In this document: positions 28,528 to 35,463 of the stretch, piece by piece | Layout of the letters: the number at the start of each line of letters is the position of its first letter | How positions within the stretch are numbered: position 1 is the first letter of the stretch | From: Chloroflexota bacterium | Lineage (GTDB): Bacteria > Chloroflexota > Limnocylindria > Limnocylindrales > CSP1-4 | Direction: 5' to 3' | Assembly (NCBI GenBank): GCA_003141955.1 | Contig: PLOC01000020.1 | Span: forward strand, 26,287 to 90,286 | Length of the DNA: 64,000 nucleotides | The notes under the pieces: model-generated | What the model was told of the DNA's origin: nothing | The model's input: the letters and a program-made list of their open reading frames with translations, nothing else | Databases searched by the model: none | Program-made: the position numbers and the translations under genes

Positions 28528-29586
28528 ATGATCCGGGGTTCGTGGCCGCGGTTCGAGAGCCTGGTCGCCAGGCGGAGGCGACAGCTGCTTCCAATCGTGT
28601 TCTGCCTCTCCGTGGCGGGAACGGGCTGCGCGTCGGGCGTCGGCACGCCCGACGCCACAGCTGGCGGGGCCGTCGCGCCTCCGGCGACCAACGCCGTTCC
28701 AGTCGGCCCGACCGACGCAGCCGGGGCTTCAGTCACGCCCGCGGGCAGTGGTTCGGGCGTGTCCGCGCCTCAGCTCCTCGTCCTGGCCGATGGCGTCCAG
28801 GGTGGGGTTGGGCTATGGACATACTCAGGCGGGATCTGGACCGCGAAGTGGCCGGTCCCGGGTGCCACCGTCCTCGCGAGAGATGAGCAAACTCTGATCC
28901 TCGGGATCGGTGCATCGCTGGAGTTGCGAGCTGAAACCAGCCCTCAAACCCCCGGGGCGGGCATATCTCCGCAGTGGGGCAACAAGCCGCTCAGCGGGGC
29001 TATCGTGGGCGTGGATCGGTCCGACGCGGGCTCCACCGCGATCGCAGTCTCACAGGCGGGCGGCCTGGCATTCGGTGTGGTGGCGGCGGACGGGTCGACC
29101 GGCGACCTCCTGCCGGCGCCGGATTCGCCGTTTGGACCGTCGGTCGCATGGCTCGACTCTGAGCGTGTGGCCGTGATCTCGGACGACGCCCGGCAGATAC
29201 CGTGTCTAGCCGTCGTCGACACCGCGAAACACAAGCTGGCGCTGCTGAGCGGGCTGGGCGGCGTGCGCACGTTCGCTGTGTCGCCGGATCGACGGACGCT
29301 GGCAGCGGCCACCGAGTCGGCAGTGTACGTCGCGCCGGTGGACGACTGGCTGGCGGACCAGGAGCCGTCCAGGGCGGTGTCGCTGGATCCGTCACAGGTG
29401 GTCTGGGACCTGGCGCTCAGCCTCGACGGCTCGAGCCTGGCCATGCTGTCCGGCACGGAGGACGCCAGTGGCGTCGTGACGGACATCCATGAGATCACCT
29501 ATGTTCGAACCGGTTCGAGCTGGTCGAAGCAGACCGACTCGGCTGTGCCATTCAGCCGCGCGGATGGCCAGGTCTGGCTGGATTGA
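28528..29586 (+). CDS. putative lipoprotein with PD40/TolB-like beta-propeller repeats
   Basis: Signal with LSVAGTGC (weak lipobox). Repeated xFAVSPDRRTLAAA / LALSLDGSSLAML-type blades. AAAGGGGA upstream of the ATG. Confidence 0.5.
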   Translation: MIRGSWPRFESLVARRRRQLLPIVFCLSVAGTGCASGVGTPDATAGGAVAPPATNAVPVGPTDAAGASVTPAGSGSGVSAPQLLVLADGVQGGVGLWTYSGGIWTAKWPVPGATVLARDEQTLILGIGASLELRAETSPQTPGAGISPQWGNKPLSGAIVGVDRSDAGSTAIAVSQAGGLAFGVVAADGSTGDLLPAPDSPFGPSVAWLDSERVAVISDDARQIPCLAVVDTAKHKLALLSGLGGVRTFAVSPDRRTLAAATESAVYVAPVDDWLADQEPSRAVSLDPSQVVWDLALSLDGSSLAMLSGTEDASGVVTDIHEITYVRTGSSWSKQTDSAVPFSRADGQVWLD

Positions 29587-29670
29587 CCGCTCCAGCGCCG
29601 CCCCTTACGGCTCCGCGGGCGGAGCCCGGGCCCGGCCCTCAGTTGATGCGCTATGATGCGGCGCGCACCC

Positions 29671-29747
29671 GGGCGGTTAGCTCAGTTGGTTAGAGCGCAT
29701 GCTTGACATGCATGAGGCCAGAGGTTCAAGTCCTCTACCGCCCACCA
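29671..29747 (+). tRNA. tRNA-Val (anticodon GAC)
   Basis: Hand-folded. Acceptor GGGCGGT/ACCGCCC, D stem GCTC/GAGC, anticodon stem CATGC/GCATG with loop TT-GAC-AT, T loop TTCAAGT. CCA is encoded. Confidence 0.9.
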
Positions 29748-29820
29748 TCGGACCCGCACAGGCGGCGCTGACCAACTACATATCCAACGCGACGAAGCAG
29801 GACACGCTTCGCCGGCGGAA

Positions 29821-30040
29821 TCCAAGAGAGTCGTCGAGGTGGCGGCAGCCACGGCTGAGAGCGACGGCGATTGTCGACGGCGCAGGCACCAACTGCGAGT
29901 GGCCGGAGAACCGGCCCGGGATCCGCCCGTTAGAGCGGCTTGAGCGCGCGGCGCCACGCAGGCAGAGTCCAGGCGACGCGAAGGCGGGTGGAACCGCGAG
30001 AGAAGCCTCTCGTCCTGTCGGACGGGAGGCTTTGTGTTCG
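29821..30040 (+). promoter_or_regulatory. T-box leader upstream of thrS
   Basis: T-box sequence GGGTGGAACCGCG at 29986-29998. Terminator hairpin AAGCCTCTCGTCC-TGTC-GGACGGGAGGCTT (30003-30032) followed by TGTGTT. AGAGAG element at 29825. Candidate ACC-A specifier at 29888-29891. Confidence 0.7.
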
Positions 30041-30083
30041 GTCGACAACTACGCTGTGGTGGTAGCGAAGGCGGACTGACAGG

Positions 30084-31946
30084 ATGAGCAACGACCAGCA
30101 GATCCAGGCGGCTCAGTCAGGCGGAGCCGAGCCCGCGGAACCCGAGGAGTTCTTCGGCGCCGTCGAGCGCGGCTCCGTGGATGAACTCCTGGATGCGGGC
30201 GCTCACTCCGATCTCGACGCGATGCGCCACTCGGCCGCCCATGTGATGGCCGAAGCGGTCGTCGGGCTCTTCCCTGACGCGCAGCTGGGCATTGGACCGT
30301 CGATCGACGATGGCTTCTACTACGACTTCCTGCTCCCTCGCCCGCTAACTCCAGACGACCTCGCCGCGATTGAGGACGGAATGCGCGCATCGGTCGCCGC
30401 CGACCACGCGTTCGTTCGCAAGGAGGTTCCATTCGACAAGGGCCGCGCCTACTTCGAGGCGCGCAACCAGCCGTTCAAGGTGGAGATCCTCGACGACCTG
30501 GCGGCCCGATCCAGGGAGGCGGGTACCCGGCTTCCTCCGACCTCCACTTACCAGCACGGCCCGTTCGTCGATCTATGCAAGGGCCCTCACGTGGCGAGCA
30601 CCGGCAAGATCGGCCCATTCAAGCTGATGACCGTGGCCGGGGCCTACTGGCGCGGCTCCGAGAAGCGGCCGATGCTGCAGCGGATCTACGGCACGGTGTG
30701 GCCGACTCAGGCAGAGCTCGAGGACTACCTGCACCGCCGCGAGGAGGCAAAGCGGCGCGACCATCGCCGGCTCGGCGTCCAGCTCGATCTCTTCAGCTTC
30801 CACGACGTCAGCCCGGGGTCGGCCTTCTGGCACCCGAAGGGTCAGCGGCTCTGGAGGACGCTGGAGACCGCCATCCGAGAGGTCCAGGATCGGCGCGGCT
30901 ACCAGGAGATCAGCACGCCGCTGCTCGTCCACAAGAAGCTCTGGGAGCAGTCGGGCCACTGGGCCAACTACAAGGACAACATGTTCATTCTCGAGTCCGA
31001 AGGCCAGACCTTCAGCCTCAAGCCGATGAACTGCCCCGAGAGCTCGATCATCTACAAGAGCAAGCTGCGCTCCTACCGGGACCTGCCGCTCCGCTACTCA
31101 GACTTCGGCCGCCTGCACCGAAACGAACGATCCGGCACACTCTCGGGCCTGACCCGGGTGCGCCACTTCGTCCAGGACGATGCTCACATCTACCTCCGTC
31201 CCGACCAGCTCCAGGAGGAGATCAAGGCGTTGCTGGGCGAGGTCTACGAGGTCTACGGCTGGTTTGGCCTGGAGCCCCGCTTCACCTTCGGCACGAAGCC
31301 CGACAAGGCGCTTGGCGACCCTGCCCTGTGGGATACCGCGGAGACCCAGATCAAGGCGGCGCTGGATTCCCTCGGCAAGCCCTACCGCATCAAGCCCAAG
31401 GACGGCGCCTTCTACGCCCCCAAGATCGACATCCAGATCGAGGACGCGTTGGGCCGCGAGTGGCAGACGGCCACGATCCAGGTGGATCTCGTCATGCTGC
31501 CCGAGCGCTTCGACTGCACCTACATCGACGAGAACGGCCAGGCCGTGCGGCCGATGGCCATCCACCGCGCCATCTACGGCTCGCTCGAGAGGTTCATCGG
31601 TGTGCTCGTAGAGCACTTCGCTGGCGCTTTTCCGGTCTGGTGCGCTCCCGTCCAGGCTGTCGTGATCCCGATTGCCGATCGGCATGTGGACGCGGCCCGG
31701 GAGCTGGCAGCTCTGCTGACGGGGCGGAAGCTACGCGTCGAGGTGGACGACTCCGACAGCCGGATGCAGAACAAGATCCGGCTGGCCCAGGAGCAGAAGG
31801 TGCCATATATGCTCGTGCTGGGCGACCGAGAAGTCGAAGCGCGCACGGTCGCGATCCGCAACCGCGCCGGCGAACAGGAGAACGGTGTCGCCTGGGATGC
31901 GTTCATCGATCGACTGGCCGAGGAAACCGCCGCCCGCAGACCTTGA
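30084..31946 (+). CDS. thrS: threonine--tRNA ligase
   Basis: 620 aa. RHSAAHVMA editing-domain block, a class II catalytic core and an anticodon-binding domain. Confidence 0.95.
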   Translation: MSNDQQIQAAQSGGAEPAEPEEFFGAVERGSVDELLDAGAHSDLDAMRHSAAHVMAEAVVGLFPDAQLGIGPSIDDGFYYDFLLPRPLTPDDLAAIEDGMRASVAADHAFVRKEVPFDKGRAYFEARNQPFKVEILDDLAARSREAGTRLPPTSTYQHGPFVDLCKGPHVASTGKIGPFKLMTVAGAYWRGSEKRPMLQRIYGTVWPTQAELEDYLHRREEAKRRDHRRLGVQLDLFSFHDVSPGSAFWHPKGQRLWRTLETAIREVQDRRGYQEISTPLLVHKKLWEQSGHWANYKDNMFILESEGQTFSLKPMNCPESSIIYKSKLRSYRDLPLRYSDFGRLHRNERSGTLSGLTRVRHFVQDDAHIYLRPDQLQEEIKALLGEVYEVYGWFGLEPRFTFGTKPDKALGDPALWDTAETQIKAALDSLGKPYRIKPKDGAFYAPKIDIQIEDALGREWQTATIQVDLVMLPERFDCTYIDENGQAVRPMAIHRAIYGSLERFIGVLVEHFAGAFPVWCAPVQAVVIPIADRHVDAARELAALLTGRKLRVEVDDSDSRMQNKIRLAQEQKVPYMLVLGDREVEARTVAIRNRAGEQENGVAWDAFIDRLAEETAARRP

Positions 31947-31967
31947 GCCGCGGACCAGAGGAACTGG

Positions 31968-32549
31968 CTAGCGAACCAGATAGAGGGACCAGCCGGTCTT
32001 GGTGGGATTGACGACCCAGATCTCCCAGCCGGCGTACGCGGCAGTGATCGAGGTCCACTTGACGCTCACCAGGTAGGCATTGGCCACGTTGATCTGCGGT
32101 TGCCAGCTCGTCCCCTCGATCCACTGGCGCAGAGTCAGCGTGTTGGTCGGGCTCAACTCCTCGTTGTAAGCCGTGCCGGAAGTCGCCAGGAACGCCGCCC
32201 GCTCCTTCGTGAACCCGGCGAGCGTGCCCCACCGGGACAAGCTCTGGCTGCTCTTGCTCAGCAGGGCCCAGGCCTTCGCGTAATCGCCGGCAAGGAGATC
32301 CTGCTCATAGTTCCTGACCGCGTAGAAGGCTCCCGGACCGCCCGTCGGCAGAGCAGTTGGGGTTGCGTTGGGGTTGACTGTGGGTGATGGGGACGGTGTC
32401 GGAGTGGAGGAGGGGGTCGGAGAGGGACTGGCCGTCGGAGACGGGGTTGGGCTCGGGCTCGGGCTCGGCGAAGGCGTGGGCGTCGCGCTCTGACAAGCGG
32501 CGACGACCAGAACCAGAGCCAGTGCAGATGCAACAATCGACCGCCCCAT
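31968..32549 (-). CDS. lipoprotein with Pro/Ser/Thr-rich linker
   Basis: [19 protein letters not shown] lipobox (VAAC), a roughly 35-aa PT/PS tract, then a roughly 120-aa globular domain. GAGGAG lies 5 nt upstream of ATG 32549. Confidence 0.6.
   Translation of the reverse strand: MGRSIVASALALVLVVAACQSATPTPSPSPSPSPTPSPTASPSPTPSSTPTPSPSPTVNPNATPTALPTGGPGAFYAVRNYEQDLLAGDYAKAWALLSKSSQSLSRWGTLAGFTKERAAFLATSGTAYNEELSPTNTLTLRQWIEGTSWQPQINVANAYLVSVKWTSITAAYAGWEIWVVNPTKTGWSLYLVR
32379..32483 (-). repeat. low-complexity (Thr/Ser-Pro)n coding tract
   Basis: Encodes [35 protein letters not shown]. Confidence 0.7.
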
Positions 32550-32646
32550 GATCACTCCTCAGGCCAATCTCGCGCGTAACGCGGGCATCATCACACACCG
32601 CCCGAAAAACGACGGAGAAACGCCGCGAAACGTGTCGGTCGCGCGT

Positions 32647-32676
32647 TTGCCGGTGCCGGAATCCCTGTGCTATAGT
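32647..32676 (+). promoter_or_regulatory. candidate sigma70-type promoter of the infC-rpmI-rplT operon
   Basis: TTGCCG, an 18-nt spacer, then TATAGT. Such AT-rich hexamers are rare in this sequence. Confidence 0.45.
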
Positions 32677-32786
32677 CCCGCGGGCGACCGCCCGGCGCAG
32701 CCGTGCCCCGGGCTCGTGCGCTCGCCTGTTTCCGGGCAGAGTAACCCGGTCGCCGGCAACCGGAACACGTACAGAAGGGGTTCGCC

Positions 32787-33476
32787 ATCAGCCGAGACCT
32801 GCGCATCAATCAGATGATCCGTGTGTTCGACGTACGGGTTGTCGACGAAGACGGTAGCCAGCTTGGCGTCATGCGAACAGCCGACGCCTTGAGGCTTGCG
32901 CAGGAGCGGGGGCTCGACCTGGTGGAGGTCGCACCGCTGGCCAGCCCCCCCGTGGCGCGACTCCTGGATTTCGGTCAGTACAAGTACGAGCTGACCAAGC
33001 GTGAGAAGGAAGCCAAGCGGCGGCAGCGGTCCGTCACATTCAAGGAAGTCCGCCTGAAGCCCAAGATCGGGACAGGCGACTTCGATACGAAGGTTCGCCG
33101 GGCGATCGAGTTCCTGGAGGAAGGCGACAGGGTCAAAGTTGCGGTCCAGTTCCGTGGCCGCGAGTTGACCCACCCGCAGATCGGGCGCGATCTCCTGGAC
33201 AAGTTCGCCGAGCAAATCAAAGACCACGGCGTCGTCGAGCGGCCTCCGCTGCTCGAAGGCAAGTCGATGCACATAAGCGTGGCCTCGGTCCACAAGCCAA
33301 AGCCGCACGAGCCGACACCGGCCGCAGCGGCGAAGGGCCACGCCAGCACAGACGAAGACGGGGCGCCCGTTCTGGGCGCCGAAGACATATCAGCCAGCGT
33401 GGAGACCCCGGCCAATCCGGCGGCTCCCGGACCCGAGCCGGAGGACGGCGCGGCGTCAAACGGGAAGGTGAACTGA
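32787..33476 (+). CDS. infC: translation initiation factor IF-3 (ATC start)
   Basis: The conserved N-terminus ISRDLRINQMIRVFDVRVVDEDGSQLGV extends upstream of the first ATG (32814). The in-frame ATC at 32787 lies 6 nt after AAGGGG. The frame opens at 32745 with no ATG/GTG/TTG before 32814. Confidence 0.85.
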   Translation: MSRDLRINQMIRVFDVRVVDEDGSQLGVMRTADALRLAQERGLDLVEVAPLASPPVARLLDFGQYKYELTKREKEAKRRQRSVTFKEVRLKPKIGTGDFDTKVRRAIEFLEEGDRVKVAVQFRGRELTHPQIGRDLLDKFAEQIKDHGVVERPPLLEGKSMHISVASVHKPKPHEPTPAAAAKGHASTDEDGAPVLGAEDISASVETPANPAAPGPEPEDGAASNGKVN

Positions 33477-33477
33477 C

Positions 33478-33681
33478 GTGCCGAAGATGAAGAGCCACAA
33501 GGGGGCCCAGAAGCGGATCGGGGTCACCGGCAGTGGCAAGGCGTTCCGGGTCAAGTCGTGGCGCGGACACCACCTCGAGCTGAAGTCGTCGCGGCGCACG
33601 CGCCGCTACGAGGGCAAGGAGCTCGTGAGTGGCGAGTCCCTCGACCAGATCCGCCGACTGCTACCGTACCTGGGAGTCTGA
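33478..33681 (+). CDS. rpmI: 50S ribosomal protein L35
   Basis: MPKMKSHKGAQKR... with a GTG start 1 nt after the infC stop. Confidence 0.92.
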   Translation: MPKMKSHKGAQKRIGVTGSGKAFRVKSWRGHHLELKSSRRTRRYEGKELVSGESLDQIRRLLPYLGV

Positions 33682-33687
33682 TCTTCG

Positions 33688-34044
33688 ATGGCACGCGTCA
33701 AGCGGGGCGTAACCGCCCACCACCGCCACAAGCGGCTTCTCAACGACGCCGAAGGCCGCTCCGGCACTAACTCGAAGCTCGTCAGGCGAGCCCATGAGTC
33801 GATGCTGCATGCGCTGGCCTACGCGACCCGTGACCGCAAGCAGCGCAAGCGCCAGATGCGCGAGCTCTGGATCATCCGCATCAACGCGGCCGCTCGCCAG
33901 AACGGCACCACCTACGGGAAGTTGATCGCCGGTCTCAAGGCCGCGAACATCGACCTCGATCGCAAGATCCTCGCCGACCTCGCAGTTCGCGACGCTTCGG
34001 CATTCGCACAGGTCGTGGCTCTCGCCGGTGGGGCATCGGCCTGA
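33688..34044 (+). CDS. rplT: 50S ribosomal protein L20
   Basis: [18 protein letters not shown]... is the canonical L20 N-terminus. Confidence 0.95.
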   Translation: MARVKRGVTAHHRHKRLLNDAEGRSGTNSKLVRRAHESMLHALAYATRDRKQRKRQMRELWIIRINAAARQNGTTYGKLIAGLKAANIDLDRKILADLAVRDASAFAQVVALAGGASA

Positions 34045-34093
34045 CCTCCCCCGGCCGGAGACGGCCGGGTGCCCAGCAATTTGAGGCGACGAC

Positions 34094-34354
34094 GGAGAAG
34101 AGGCGAGGACAGATCCGCCAGGGAGGACGGGCCGGCGACTGGAAGCCCGTCTCGGATCGATCTCGCCGGTTCGCTCCCGAGCCGTCCGCAGAACCCCTGA
34201 CGGGCAGGCGTCCGGGCAAGTAGGCGGACCGGAGGGCCCCCGATATCGGGCCCGCACAAGCGCCCAGGCGGCCTGCCGGCCGCCCGGGAAGCGGGGTGGT
34301 ACCGCGAGCCCTCGACTCGTCCCCGTGTCCGAGCGGGACGCGGACAGTCGAGGG
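34094..34354 (+). promoter_or_regulatory. T-box leader upstream of pheS
   Basis: Specifier-loop architecture GGAG-AAGA-GGCGAG ... CTCGCC-GGTTCG-CTCC, with the Phe codon TTC at 34170-34172. T-box GGGGTGGTACCGCG at 34293-34306. Hairpin CCCTCGACT...AGTCGAGGG at 34309-34354. Confidence 0.72.
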
Positions 34355-34425
34355 TTCCAGATTCCTGGAGCGAGCCTGGTGGACCCCGAGCCACCCGGCA
34401 CGATGAGAGAACGAGGAAACGTGGC

Positions 34426-35463
34426 GTGGACTTCGAGAGCCTGAGCGGCGACCTGCATCGCCTCAAGGATCTTGCGCTGGCCGAGGTCGCCAAAGCGGCA
34501 GATCCGGCGGCGCTCGACCAGCTGCAGATCAAGTACCTGGGCAAGAAGGGCGAGATCACGGCCGTCCTTCGCGGAATCGGGGCACTGCCGCCGCACGACC
34601 GGCCACGCGTCGGGGCAGTGGCCAACGACATCGGAGAAGCCGTCAAGACGGCCCTGGCCGAGCGCGGCTTCGAGCTGCGGTCTATCGTGCAGGCGCAGCG
34701 GCTCGCGGCGGAAATGGTGGACGTGACCCTGCCCGGCCGGACCGTTCCGCGGGGCACGCTTCACCCCATTCCCGAGACCGTCGCGGCAATCGCCGAGGTC
34801 TTCGGGCAGTTCGGCTTCGTGGTCTACGAGGGGCCCGAGGTCGAGGACGACCTGACCAACTTCCAGATGCTCAACATCGCCCTGGACCATCCGGCTCGGG
34901 ACCTGTGGGACACGCTGTACGTGGACGTCCCGGGCCATCTGCTGCGAACCCACACCAGCCCCGGCCAGATCCGGGTGATGCAGTCCACACGGCCACCGAT
35001 TCGGGCGCTTCTACCGGGTCGGTGCTTCCGCTACGAAGCCGTCGACGCCAGCCACGGCTTCGAGTTCTTCCAGGTCGAAGGGCTGATGGTCGACGAGGGA
35101 ACCTCGATGGCGGACCTCAAGGGCCTGCTCGACGAGTTTGCCCACGCTCTGTTCGGGCCGCGCAGGACGCGGTTCCGGCCCGGGTACTACCCGTTCACGG
35201 AGCCGTCGGTGGCCTTCGACGTCGAATGCGTCGTCTGCGGCGGCGTGGGCTGTCCGGCCTGCTCGAAGTCGGGCTGGATGACGATCCTGGGCGCCGGCAT
35301 GGTCCACCCCGTCGTACTCCAGTACGGTGGAATAGACCCCGAGCTATACCAGGGCTTCGCCTTCGGCATGGGCGTCGAGCGCATCTCCAACCTGCGCCAT
35401 GCCGTGCCGGACCTGCGCTACTACCTGGAGAACGACCTGCGCTTCCTGGAGCAGTTCCGATGA
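34426..35463 (+). CDS. pheS: phenylalanine--tRNA ligase alpha subunit
   Basis: 345 aa with class II motifs (FRYEAVDASH, GFAFGMGVERI). The GTG start is preceded by GAGGAA. Confidence 0.95.
   Translation: MDFESLSGDLHRLKDLALAEVAKAADPAALDQLQIKYLGKKGEITAVLRGIGALPPHDRPRVGAVANDIGEAVKTALAERGFELRSIVQAQRLAAEMVDVTLPGRTVPRGTLHPIPETVAAIAEVFGQFGFVVYEGPEVEDDLTNFQMLNIALDHPARDLWDTLYVDVPGHLLRTHTSPGQIRVMQSTRPPIRALLPGRCFRYEAVDASHGFEFFQVEGLMVDEGTSMADLKGLLDEFAHALFGPRRTRFRPGYYPFTEPSVAFDVECVVCGGVGCPACSKSGWMTILGAGMVHPVVLQYGGIDPELYQGFAFGMGVERISNLRHAVPDLRYYLENDLRFLEQFR

Noticed and set aside
30084-30230. ThrRS N-terminus appears to lack a TGS domain (a low-complexity 47 aa before the RHSAAH block)
   Set aside because: I cannot judge domain loss without an alignment or HMM. 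The length difference from typical ThrRS is small, and the start codon could lie elsewhere.
34048-34070. GC-rich hairpin CCCGGCCG-GAGA-CGGCCGGG just after rplT, as a terminator
   Set aside because: No U-tract follows. It may simply be the 5' part of the pheS T-box leader transcript or a weak terminator, and is not supportable as a feature.
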